In this document: one piece after another, positions 16,887 to 25,685 of the stretch
Position numbering within the stretch: position 1 is the stretch's first letter
How the letters are laid out: every line of letters begins with the position of its first letter
Origin: a virus
Lineage: Duplodnaviria > Caudoviricetes
Length of the DNA: 56,247 nucleotides
Reading direction: 5' to 3' (one strand)
IMG/VR virus record: IMGVR_UViG_3300049427_000022
Coordinates: 1-56,247 of that record
The notes under the pieces: model-generated
Seen by the model: the letters and a program-made list of their open reading frames with translations, nothing else
What the model was told of the DNA's origin: nothing
Database searches by the model: none
Position numbers and translations under genes: made by a program

Positions 16887-17306
16887 CTAGATCGTTTGTA
16901 CGTAGTTAAAAGCGTCGAAGGTGAAGTCCAGCGATACTTCTACGTTACTGTCTACTGCGAAGTGCATAAGCGGCGCGCTATCGAAGCTTACGCCGCGAAG
17001 TAGTACCGCTTCCTGGCCCCGGCTTGTCGGGTCTGCCAGGACGCCCCGGAATACGAATTTAGCCGTAGGGTTATCGGCTATTTTCTTTTGTAGGCGACTG
17101 TCGATTTTAAGGAAAGTCATGCTACCGCTACCAGTACCGCCCATTACTTTATGGGTGCTTAAAAACTGGCCGGGCAGCTGAATTTCTTCTTTAGCGAATT
17201 CGACATTAGCTTCGAATTCTTGTACGGTTTGGTTTTCCTGGCCGTTTTCGTCGTACAGGCGGCCGTACTTACCGTTAATAATTTCGTTACCGTCAATGTT
17301 AGCCAT
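16887..17306 (-). CDS. Tail tube protein, XkdM-like
   Basis: INGKYG, GSGSMTF, L.DP, VSFD, FTF motifs. Confidence 0.9.
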   Translation of the reverse strand: MANIDGNEIINGKYGRLYDENGQENQTVQEFEANVEFAKEEIQLPGQFLSTHKVMGGTGSGSMTFLKIDSRLQKKIADNPTAKFVFRGVLADPTSRGQEAVLLRGVSFDSAPLMHFAVDSNVEVSLDFTFDAFNYVQTI

Positions 17307-17326
17307 TTATATTTGCGCCCCCTCTC

Positions 17327-18742
17327 TTAAAATTTCACGCCGAATTTTTGGTAGATTTTTTCCATAGAATCGGTCGGCCAGTAGTCGGAGTAGAAAAAGG
17401 CTTCGTCGATTTTCGGGTTTTTGCTGGCTTTGTCGCCGTGGTAATCCGGGTCTTCCTTGTAGGAATAGGAAGGCTGGATAATTTCGTCACGTACTAGGCC
17501 CCGGAAGAATTCGTCTTCGATAGTCGCAGCGAACGCCTGGCGGGCTGCCGTTGTGTTCGACTTCGTTTTCTTATACTCGTCGCCGAAGGCTTCCGTAGCG
17601 CGGTTAACGTAGTCGATAGTACGGGATACGCGCATTTTACGCATTTCCAGCTTTTCGTCGCCCGTTACAGCAGAAAGGGTATTTACGCCTTCGTCGATTA
17701 CAACTTTGCCGCCCTTCATTACGAAAAGAAGCGTACCCTTTTGCTTCGCCAGGATACGGTTAGCCTTCGTAAGCTGCGTCTTCGAATTGACTGCTTTAAA
17801 TGGTGTTACCTGGTCTGTTACGCTTGTATTAAGCGGTCGGCTGCAAGCGTAAGCCGCTGCAAAGATCGCCATATCTGCCGCGTTGTAGCCGTCGCAGCCG
17901 TTACCTACGTTAACGATACCCCTGTAGTTAATGGCTACGCTTTTCGCGTTCGGCAGGGTTAGGTCGGTATCCCAGCCAGCAACGCCGCCCCGGTAAGCTT
18001 CCAGGTAAAGGCCTTCACCGCGTACGCGCTTTACCCAGGTTTCCAGTACCGCTAAGACGGCTTCGTCGGTTGTACCATCAAGCGCTACCGCGTTTGCTGT
18101 ACCGTCTGTTTCGACTTCCGTTAGGAACGCTGTATATTCGGTTACAGTCGGCGCTGCGCCATTGTTACCGCCTGCGAATACTACGCCTGCCGTATTAGAA
18201 GGCAAGTTCGTCCCCAGTACTTTTACCCGTACTACTGGGCTGGATGAGAATTTAGCCGCTAGGCCTGCTACTGTGTCGGATTCGTCACCCCATAAAACGA
18301 CGCCAGCTTCCACGATTTCTACGCGGGTAGTGCCTACCGCTACGCCTGCTTTAACGACTGCTGTAAAGGCGCGGTCAGAAGGGTAAAGGGTTTCCAGCGT
18401 CCAGGTCGTACCCGAAGCTACCGCCAGGATAGCCGTACCTTTCGCCGCAGCTGCCACCGCCAGGCGATAGCCTAGTAGGATATTCGGCTTGTACGTCGCG
18501 TCAGCGTAAGCCAGGTCGTAGACTTTGTTCGCCGTAAAGGCCGTACCGTCTGCGTTATTTGTGTCGTTAAAGTCCTTCGCCGAAGCGTAAGGCAGTAGCT
18601 GGTTAACAGGCCCCCAGTTTGCCGTAAATGGGAAAGCAGCTACGCCAATATCTGCGCTAGGCCCTTGGCTAGAAACCGCCTTTACTAGCGAATATACGCC
18701 GCTTAATTCCTGGCTTTGCCCTTCTGTGTATGTTCCTGCCAT
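17327..18742 (-). CDS. Tail sheath protein, XkdK-like
   Basis: WGP, GG.NG, I.EGVNTL, K.RVSRTID, DSMEKIY. Confidence 0.92.
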   Translation of the reverse strand: MAGTYTEGQSQELSGVYSLVKAVSSQGPSADIGVAAFPFTANWGPVNQLLPYASAKDFNDTNNADGTAFTANKVYDLAYADATYKPNILLGYRLAVAAAAKGTAILAVASGTTWTLETLYPSDRAFTAVVKAGVAVGTTRVEIVEAGVVLWGDESDTVAGLAAKFSSSPVVRVKVLGTNLPSNTAGVVFAGGNNGAAPTVTEYTAFLTEVETDGTANAVALDGTTDEAVLAVLETWVKRVRGEGLYLEAYRGGVAGWDTDLTLPNAKSVAINYRGIVNVGNGCDGYNAADMAIFAAAYACSRPLNTSVTDQVTPFKAVNSKTQLTKANRILAKQKGTLLFVMKGGKVVIDEGVNTLSAVTGDEKLEMRKMRVSRTIDYVNRATEAFGDEYKKTKSNTTAARQAFAATIEDEFFRGLVRDEIIQPSYSYKEDPDYHGDKASKNPKIDEAFFYSDYWPTDSMEKIYQKFGVKF

Positions 18743-18748
18743 TTCGGT

Positions 18749-18973
18749 TTATTCCCCTTTCGTTCCGTCTTCGACTGTTTTAGTCGTTACGGTCTTCGTT
18801 CTGAATTCTTCCAGGCGAGTTTCAGCTTCTTCCCTGGTAATGGGTTCGGAGACGCCGTAAAGCGCCCCGGCCATTAGTTCGAGCGAAGCGCCGAAGTGTG
18901 CCGCCCCTGCAATAAGATCGCCGGGCATAAAAACAGCAGGCGCTTCGCCCTGCTCTTTCCTACTCTGTTTCAT
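18749..18973 (-). CDS. Small neck/tail protein
   Basis: AGALYG...IT.EEA; directly upstream of the sheath gene. Confidence 0.6.
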   Translation of the reverse strand: MKQSRKEQGEAPAVFMPGDLIAGAAHFGASLELMAGALYGVSEPITREEAETRLEEFRTKTVTTKTVEDGTKGE

Positions 18974-18988
18974 GTTGTGGCTCCTTTC

Positions 18989-19456
18989 CTATCCTGGCGG
19001 GTTGTAGTGTGGATTCGTTACTACGGTCGTAGCAGCTGGCGGTTCTACTGGTCGGTTACGGCTGTATGTTGCTTCATATTCGACACTAAAGGGAACGTCA
19101 AGGGCTTCGCTAGTTTCGAAGCGTACCGTAACTTCTTTCAGAATGCCGATTTTAGCGCCTGTACGGTCGAATACGTCCAGTAGACCGTCGCGGTCTTCCA
19201 GGTCTAGCTGTATACGGGCCTGGTAACCCAGCAGCTGCGGTAGATCGGCAGCGAATAGCCGCCCGTATTGCCGCACCTTGTTAACGAAGACGTAGCGGCT
19301 GATATTTCTATCGCGACTCCGCTGCGGCGCTTCCCATAGGATTACGGGCCGGGCTACGGTAGGAGGGGCAGCCGATAGAAGCATACTGCTAAGCCCTGCT
19401 GTAGCTTTTACCCAGCGGGTTATGGCTTCAAGTTCGAACGTAAAATAATTTCCCAT
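18989..19456 (-). CDS. Tail completion/terminator protein
   Basis: Start refined to MGNYF; synteny. Confidence 0.6.
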   Translation of the reverse strand: MGNYFTFELEAITRWVKATAGLSSMLLSAAPPTVARPVILWEAPQRSRDRNISRYVFVNKVRQYGRLFAADLPQLLGYQARIQLDLEDRDGLLDVFDRTGAKIGILKEVTVRFETSEALDVPFSVEYEATYSRNRPVEPPAATTVVTNPHYNPPG

Positions 19457-19466
19457 GCCTGCCCCC

Positions 19467-19958
19467 CTAACTAAATAGCTTTTGATACAGCCTACGGAAT
19501 TCATATTCCAAAATATCGCCCAGGTCGTCTTCCAGATCGTCCATCGCCCTTTCGAACATATGGCGGCCCGGAATAACTTTACCCGAAAGGATAATACCCC
19601 TGTGATGATGCGGCATATAGTAAAAAGTCCCGCTGCGCCATTCTCCCGGTACATACTGCCCACGTGTCATAGTCCAGCCGTCGTTAACTTGTTCCGCATA
19701 TGGTACAGCTGTACCGACGAAGACGTATCCCCTGTTTCCAGCTTGTAACTTAAATACGTTATCCGGGCCACCCATTGACATACTGCCGCGTAAGCGTCCC
19801 GTTCTTACTGGCGTATAATCGTCCAGGTGTTCCAGCGCCCGTAAGCCCGAAGAACGAAGGATACGGCTTTGAGTGTTCTTTACTTCTGTATTTTCCAGAC
19901 TTACTAGCCATTTCTGCCATTCCTTTAAGCCGCTTTGTTCAATAACGCGCCGGGCCAT
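19467..19958 (-). CDS. HK97 gp10-like neck protein
   Basis: TPVRTGRLR.S, YAEQVNDG, PGRHMF. Confidence 0.85.
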   Translation of the reverse strand: MARRVIEQSGLKEWQKWLVSLENTEVKNTQSRILRSSGLRALEHLDDYTPVRTGRLRGSMSMGGPDNVFKLQAGNRGYVFVGTAVPYAEQVNDGWTMTRGQYVPGEWRSGTFYYMPHHHRGIILSGKVIPGRHMFERAMDDLEDDLGDILEYEFRRLYQKLFS

Positions 19959-19959
19959 T

Positions 19960-20334
19960 TTAGCCGCCCAGCCATGTTACGCCGTTGTCGGCCTGGGCTG
20001 TGTTGGCAGCTTCGAAGGCTTTTTTATACGGCAGTAACATTTTATCGACGGCAGCCAGCGGGTTACTATTTGCTTTATCCCGGCTAAAGGAAGAAACCGG
20101 GGCGCTTTCGGTAATAATCCCTGTAACGCTGTCGGTCTGTGAAGTCTGCCCTTCGGCCAGGATTTCGAAGGCCGTAGAAACGATTACTTTTAGGTTATCG
20201 TCTACGTTAGGCGGTTCGCCGCCGATTACCCCAAAACAATAAGCGTTAGCGCGTCCCAGGTACTTCGTTACGTCGCCTTCTGCCATATTGTTAGGGTAGT
20301 AGGTCGGCAGTTCCGCAGCAGTAAGGAAAGCCAT
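19960..20334 (-). CDS. Head-tail connector/adaptor
   Basis: MAFLT..EL start, LLPY end; synteny. Confidence 0.65.
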   Translation of the reverse strand: MAFLTAAELPTYYPNNMAEGDVTKYLGRANAYCFGVIGGEPPNVDDNLKVIVSTAFEILAEGQTSQTDSVTGIITESAPVSSFSRDKANSNPLAAVDKMLLPYKKAFEAANTAQADNGVTWLGG

Positions 20335-20348
20335 ACGGTAGCCCCCTA

Positions 20349-20723
20349 TTACTTGATTAACGCAGCTGCGAAGCCTTGCGCGATTACTGCGGCAATAATT
20401 TCGGGCTTCTTCGCGTCGTATGCCATGTCTACGCCTGCTTCTTTCGCAGCTGTGTACAGCTCGTCGCGTTTGTATTGGCCGTCCAGCGCTTCCGCTTGCT
20501 TTTCGGCTTCGGTCGCTTCAAGGCCGCCCGCGTTATGGTCGGGTACTTTGGCAGCAGGTTCGATGTTCTGCGCGTGGCCCGATTTAATAAGCGAAGCCGC
20601 GCTTTTTTCGCTAATTTCGATTACTTTCCCTTTGGGAATGTCTGCCCCTGATAGGGAAACCCCCGTTGCGATTACCGTTACTTTCACCATTACAACTTCT
20701 TTTTCTGCTTCTTCTTTTGCCAT
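20349..20723 (-). CDS. Head accessory protein with C-terminal HeH/Rho-N-like motif
   Basis: KRDEL..AKEAGV......KKPEII; follows the major capsid gene. Confidence 0.6.
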   Translation of the reverse strand: MAKEEAEKEVVMVKVTVIATGVSLSGADIPKGKVIEISEKSAASLIKSGHAQNIEPAAKVPDHNAGGLEATEAEKQAEALDGQYKRDELYTAAKEAGVDMAYDAKKPEIIAAVIAQGFAAALIK

Positions 20724-20801
20724 GTTCGTTTACTCCCTTCAAATGTTTCTATTTTTAAGAAATACCCCGGCTATCCAGCAGGGGTATTCAATATTTTGCT
20801 A

Positions 20802-21815
20802 TTACAGCAGTACCGTAGTTTGGAAGATAAGGTTCGGGTTCGTGATTTTCGGGAACGAAGAAGCGACGACGTTAATTACCGAGCGCGTCGGCATTTTAAG
20901 GTCGATCGTTTCCGCGAAAATACCCGGTTTCATTTGGTTTTCAATCGTCGGCCCCATAAGCTGGTTTCCGATTTCGGCGCTTTCGCGAAGGAATACGCCT
21001 TTTTTCGGGTTAAGCAGGCGGGTAGTCGTGCGCGCGCCAGTATTAAGGTCGCGGTACGTTACGCTGCCGTCGAATGCTTCGATAGGCGGCATGTTGCGGC
21101 CACGAAGGAAGGTATTCACTTCGTCCAGGGTCAGCAGCTTGTCGGAATAGCCCGTAATGGCTTTACGCGTCGCCAGGTCGTTAAGGATTTTGCCCACGAC
21201 TTGCGTAGACGTCATGTAAACGTCGGGCGCTACGCCGTTAAGGTCTAGGTACAGCTGTACCCAGGCTTCGTATTCCGTAATGATCGTCGGGTTAACGTCG
21301 TCCCATTTTACAGCGGCTACTTTCTTATTCGATGCGGGTACGCCGAAGTCGGTAGTAAGGATAATGCCGTCTTTGTTGTACGTCATTACGCCTTCGCCTG
21401 CTGCCTGCCATCCCATCCATTCGATACGGGCGTCAATATTGTCTTTAATCTGCGCTGCCTTGCCCAGCAGCTGCGTTTCGGCCAGCTGGCGCTTCGTTGG
21501 GTCGCTGCCCTTGTCCATAAGCGCGCCCAGTTCTTCCTTAGTTACCAGGTATCCCTGTGCAATATCCGCGATTTCACCCGATACCTTTTTCATAGGGTCA
21601 CGGTCAGTTAAAGGCACTTCGCCCAGGCCGCTTACCAGGTTCGCCATATCAGCCTGGCGCGTTACGTAGGAATCGTAGAATTTCGTATCGAAAGTATCCT
21701 GGCGTGGCAAGAAGCGGCCCATTACGTACGGCTTCTTCTTGATAGGAATTGCTTGAATGAATTTGGTGAAAAGCGGATTACTGAATTTTTCGCTATATTG
21801 AGCTAAACCTGCCAT
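20802..21815 (-). CDS. Major capsid protein (lambda gpE-like)
   Basis: Start refined to MAGLAQ; ARIEWM, DFGVP, W motifs; size and synteny. Confidence 0.88.
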   Translation of the reverse strand: MAGLAQYSEKFSNPLFTKFIQAIPIKKKPYVMGRFLPRQDTFDTKFYDSYVTRQADMANLVSGLGEVPLTDRDPMKKVSGEIADIAQGYLVTKEELGALMDKGSDPTKRQLAETQLLGKAAQIKDNIDARIEWMGWQAAGEGVMTYNKDGIILTTDFGVPASNKKVAAVKWDDVNPTIITEYEAWVQLYLDLNGVAPDVYMTSTQVVGKILNDLATRKAITGYSDKLLTLDEVNTFLRGRNMPPIEAFDGSVTYRDLNTGARTTTRLLNPKKGVFLRESAEIGNQLMGPTIENQMKPGIFAETIDLKMPTRSVINVVASSFPKITNPNLIFQTTVLL

Positions 21816-21852
21816 TTGCGTATTCCCCCTGTGGGTGTTTTTTGTGAATAAC

Positions 21853-21882
21853 AAAAAGACGGCAGGATTTTCAGCCGTCTTT
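21853..21882 (-). terminator. Terminator-like hairpin upstream of the capsid gene
   Basis: AAAGACGGC/GCCGTCTTT stem plus T5 on the minus strand. Confidence 0.55.
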
Positions 21883-21896
21883 ATCTACAGATAACG
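21879..21896. promoter_or_regulatory. Repressor-operator-like palindrome
   Basis: TTATCTACAGATAAC, identical to the core of the operator at 53628-53645. Confidence 0.7.
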
Positions 21897-21913
21897 GTAT
21901 GCTTAAAAAAATT

Positions 21914-22330
21914 TTAGACGTTGACGTACTTAATTTGCGGCGTGTCGGCCTTGAAGCCTGCCGTTACCCCGATTAGCTGGCCTTCGTAAACCGAAGCGCG
22001 CGTAAGCGCCTGGCCGAAAATCGTATCGGCGTTCGTGCCATCGTCCTTTACAATCAGCTTGATAGACTGGTCAAGAATGACCGGGTTATCATGCGTAGCT
22101 GGGATATGGCCCGTAGCGTCTACGACGCCGCCCGCATTGTACGGTACGTATTTCTTCGTCGCTTTTTCACGTACCAGGCATTGCCCTTCCAGGATAAGCG
22201 CGCCTACCGCGAATTTCGTACCGTCCAGCGTACCGCCGATTAGCATTACGTCATAGTTCGCGCTGGCCTTAATTTCTTTGCTGCCCAGTACCGAATCTTT
22301 TCGGATTTGGCCGTCATAAGTTCCCGCCAT
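21914..22330 (-). CDS. Head decoration protein
   Basis: 138 aa between scaffold and capsid genes. Confidence 0.65.
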   Translation of the reverse strand: MAGTYDGQIRKDSVLGSKEIKASANYDVMLIGGTLDGTKFAVGALILEGQCLVREKATKKYVPYNAGGVVDATGHIPATHDNPVILDQSIKLIVKDDGTNADTIFGQALTRASVYEGQLIGVTAGFKADTPQIKYVNV

Positions 22331-22354
22331 TGTGTGATTCCTCCAATTACTAAT

Positions 22355-22408
22355 TTAAGTTGTCTTTACTTCTTTACTTCTTTACTTCTTTACTTCTTTA
22401 CTTCTTAC
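22355..22408 (+). repeat. Tandem 8-bp array
   Basis: TTAAG-T-TGTCTTTA-(CTTCTTTA)x4-CTTCTTA. Confidence 0.9.
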
Positions 22409-23187
22409 TGTTCGGGCTTGTGGCCAATAAGCGCCAGCATGTCGGCTACGGCTTTGTCTTCCTTAGCCTGATTGCCCGCACCGCCGCCGCCATTACCGCC
22501 GCCAGGCGGTTTACCTTGAAACGTGCCGCTGCCTTTGCCGCCCTTGTCCGCTTCGTCACCTTTGTCGTCTTCGTCTCCAGCGCCGCCTTCGGGCGTTTTG
22601 AATAGGTTTGGTTCCGCTTTTGCCAGCTTCCGCAGTACCAGGTCTACGCTACGTTTGTCGGGTACGTCGTTTTCGTCGTACTCGATTTCGTCGACATAAT
22701 CACGAAGGGCACGTACGACCTGGTTAGGATTAACCGGGGTATATTGCCCGCCAGCGTTTCGGAGTACCGCGTTTTCCAGCGATAGGTCTTTAAGCTTGTC
22801 GCCCATGCTTTTCGCTTTTCCAGCGTCTTTACGCAGCTGCGTTAACTCCGCTTCGGTTACGGTTCCTTCTTTTTTGCCGTCGCCTTTAGCCAGTCCTACG
22901 ATATGCGCTAGTAGGCCCTTATTATCTACGTCCAGTTCTACGCCCGCCGTTTTAAATTCCTTGCGAATGATACGGCGCGCGACGTTAACCGCCATACGGT
23001 CTACGTCTTCCTGGCTGTAGATCAATTCGCCGCCTTCCGGGGCTTTAGGGTTGAATTCCAGCGCTTTGTCGTGTTCATCCTGGGTTAAGTCTTCGTCTGC
23101 CAGCAGATCGGCTACCTTCGCGTCATACTGTTCCTTCGTAAGCTTGCCAGCGCGGTACTTTTCCTGTAATTTTTTCAGCCAGTCCAT
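22405..23187 (-). CDS. Capsid scaffolding protein
   Basis: Start refined to MDWLKK after AAGGA; YSQEDVD, P.LF, Gly-rich tail. Confidence 0.8.
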   Translation of the reverse strand: MDWLKKLQEKYRAGKLTKEQYDAKVADLLADEDLTQDEHDKALEFNPKAPEGGELIYSQEDVDRMAVNVARRIIRKEFKTAGVELDVDNKGLLAHIVGLAKGDGKKEGTVTEAELTQLRKDAGKAKSMGDKLKDLSLENAVLRNAGGQYTPVNPNQVVRALRDYVDEIEYDENDVPDKRSVDLVLRKLAKAEPNLFKTPEGGAGDEDDKGDEADKGGKGSGTFQGKPPGGGNGGGGAGNQAKEDKAVADMLALIGHKPEQ

Positions 23188-23335
23188 AACTGTATTCCTT
23201 TCAGCGCAGTAATAAAGGGCTGCCCCTATATGCGCCCTGTTTTTTCGATACAGGTAAACGAGTATTTGCCCCTTTCGGGTATATAGAAAAGGCCCGCAGC
23301 TGTGAAAGCCTGGGGCCAACCTATCCTCTATTAAC

Positions 23336-23614
23336 TTAGATAACGGCCCCAGGGGGCGCGCTACCAGGTTCGGGTACTTCCCCGGTAAATTCCGCTTCGG
23401 TTAGTACCCGGTCGATAATCAGTTTAGCCGATAAGGCGCTGCGTAAGTGCTTCGTTTCCGTCTGTTGCCCTACCGGGCCAACCAATTCGCCTTCCAGGTT
23501 AGCCACTTCGTTTAATACCATGCGTATAGCCGTTCCGTTCCCGGTTAGGCTGCCATCCTGCCAGGCTATCTTTACTTCTTGGCTTCCTACTTTGCCAGCT
23601 GCTTCGAATCTCAT
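23336..23614 (-). CDS. Hypothetical protein; candidate immunity protein for the MuF toxin
   Basis: Start overlaps the MuF stop codon. Confidence 0.55.
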   Translation of the reverse strand: MRFEAAGKVGSQEVKIAWQDGSLTGNGTAIRMVLNEVANLEGELVGPVGQQTETKHLRSALSAKLIIDRVLTEAEFTGEVPEPGSAPPGAVI

Positions 23615-25668
23615 TTAGACGCCAGTACCCCCAATACGAAGTTATAGTAATCCGGGTCGGTTTCAATTTTGTAGCTGCCTGTGAAGATGCTTTCGGCCCC
23701 CATAGTGAAAATTTCGAAGTAAGACGTTTCCTTATTGCCGTAGTCCTTACCCATATATCGCGATAAGAATTTATCGAAACGCGCTTTTTCGCTTTTAGCG
23801 TACCCGGAAGAAGGTAAGTCTTTTCCTAGCCATTCCAGGGATTCACCAGCAGTTCTTCGGTCGTAGAATTCCTTTTCCAGCTTTTTAATTTCGGGTATTA
23901 TGTGTTCGAATCTATGACCGAATTCGTGTACCGCGACGCGGTTTAAGCTATCGTCTGTACTGCCGCTTATCTTGAATTCCGACGAATATCCTTTAGGGCC
24001 GCCAGCATAATAGCCCCGGCTTACTACTTTAGCATCCAGGCTATTGAAAGCGTGGCTTTTTTCTAACCATTCGGACGGATAAAACTTCTGCGCCCTCATT
24101 ATAGCATCCCTAGCCTTTTTTTGAGTGCCTTTGTCCCAGGTATGGGCCTTCGTGCTTCCCATAGTCCTAATTTCGGCCAGGGTCTTTACTGCTACGTCGC
24201 CGCGTAACGTAGTAAGGGCCTTCTTCGCTTCGGCTAGTTCCTGCCGCTTCGTCATAAGCTGCCGGCTGTTTTCGGTGCTCCAAGCATTGAATACTTTATA
24301 CCGGGCGGCGTATTCCGGGTCACCCCATTGCATAGCCAGTATTTCGTTCGTTTTTTCCTGGCTAGCTTCGTACAGGGCGTCGGCTTCGTCCGTAAGCTGG
24401 TTTATACGAAGCTGTAATACTGGGGCAGCTTCGGCTACCCGGCTTTCGACTTCCTGGCGTACCAGGTCACCGACTTGTCGGGCCTTTTCTTCCGTATCGA
24501 CGCCCCCGGCTATAAGTTGCGTTACTGGGGCGGCCCAGGTAAGCGCTGCGGCTGCCCCTGTGGCCGTTTTACCTACCGAATCGACTGTAGGGCCTGTACC
24601 CTTCTCCCCGCGCCGTAGATAGCGCGCTGGGTCGTCATTACGTAGCCTTTCGTCCAAGTCTATACCGCGTTCCTTTGCGTATGCCCGGTAATCCTTTGCA
24701 TTCGTGTAGTAGTTTTCCCCGAAGTTCGTAGGCGTGTCGTCATCGCCCCTTGCTATGCGTTCCCCTTCTCTTACTCCCAGGGAAGCCAGTACAGGCGACC
24801 ATTTACAGCGGCAATTAGGATGATTCGGGATACGTTTTCCAGGTATAGCGGGCATTTCCGGGGTATCGTAGCCCAGTTCGAATATTTGGCCGTCGCATTC
24901 TGCACATTTCGGGCTAGTTCTGCTATCCAGGGTCGCGTTATACCGTTTGCCGTCCAATACGTCGGCGTTCTGCATGAATAAATGGCTTGCGCCCTGGCCT
25001 GCTGCCCTGGTCATTTCCGTACGTGCCAGTCTTACGCTGTTAAAGTAGCCCTCCCCGGCTATATCGTTAATTCGTCGGGCTATTCGTTGGGTATCCCAGC
25101 CTTTTTGTACAGCTTCTTCGACGCTTTCACGCATTTTTAGGCCTAAGTAAGCCGTATTCGCGCGTAAGCGGTCGCTGTATGTGTTCCCATCTGGAAGCCA
25201 AGGGTTAGCCAGTACACCCATTACCTGGGCATGGGTTACAACCGGGACAAGAATAGCCACCTGGGCCGCTTGCTGTAAACCGAAAGCATTAAAGTAATAG
25301 CTATCAGTGTACGTAAACGCCAGGTTATTCGTTAGTTTATCGGTTTGTTCCGCTTCGCGTACATACCGTTGTAGCTTGCCTAAGTGTTCCAGCGCCCGCT
25401 GCATATTCCGCATTTTAGCTGCCTGTATAGGCTGCCTGCGAATAGGTACGCCGTTAGCGTCTACGATTTCCCCTACTATTTTCGCCATTTCTTCGCCGAT
25501 AACCTTCCCGGCCCGGTTCCAAAATGGCGCTATTTCTGCGGCATACTGCGCGGATCGCTTATCCATTATTTCGTCGTACTGGTTTATGTGGGCTTCCAGC
25601 CGGGCTTCGCGTTCCGCTATGCGCTTATCTAGTGCTGCGTTTTTCGGCGGCTTCGGATTCGCTGCCAT
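23611..25668 (-). CDS. MuF/SPP1 gp7 minor head protein with C-terminal HExxH metallopeptidase-like domain
   Basis: RLARTE, ATLDSRTS..C..CDG, HPNCRC; then HEFGH...YFEIF. Confidence 0.88.
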   Translation of the reverse strand: MAANPKPPKNAALDKRIAEREARLEAHINQYDEIMDKRSAQYAAEIAPFWNRAGKVIGEEMAKIVGEIVDANGVPIRRQPIQAAKMRNMQRALEHLGKLQRYVREAEQTDKLTNNLAFTYTDSYYFNAFGLQQAAQVAILVPVVTHAQVMGVLANPWLPDGNTYSDRLRANTAYLGLKMRESVEEAVQKGWDTQRIARRINDIAGEGYFNSVRLARTEMTRAAGQGASHLFMQNADVLDGKRYNATLDSRTSPKCAECDGQIFELGYDTPEMPAIPGKRIPNHPNCRCKWSPVLASLGVREGERIARGDDDTPTNFGENYYTNAKDYRAYAKERGIDLDERLRNDDPARYLRRGEKGTGPTVDSVGKTATGAAAALTWAAPVTQLIAGGVDTEEKARQVGDLVRQEVESRVAEAAPVLQLRINQLTDEADALYEASQEKTNEILAMQWGDPEYAARYKVFNAWSTENSRQLMTKRQELAEAKKALTTLRGDVAVKTLAEIRTMGSTKAHTWDKGTQKKARDAIMRAQKFYPSEWLEKSHAFNSLDAKVVSRGYYAGGPKGYSSEFKISGSTDDSLNRVAVHEFGHRFEHIIPEIKKLEKEFYDRRTAGESLEWLGKDLPSSGYAKSEKARFDKFLSRYMGKDYGNKETSYFEIFTMGAESIFTGSYKIETDPDYYNFVLGVLASK

Positions 25669-25685
25669 AGCTTACGCTCCCTTCG

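Noticed and set aside
22355-22408. CRISPR array
   Set aside because: 8-bp units with no spacers; no cas genes
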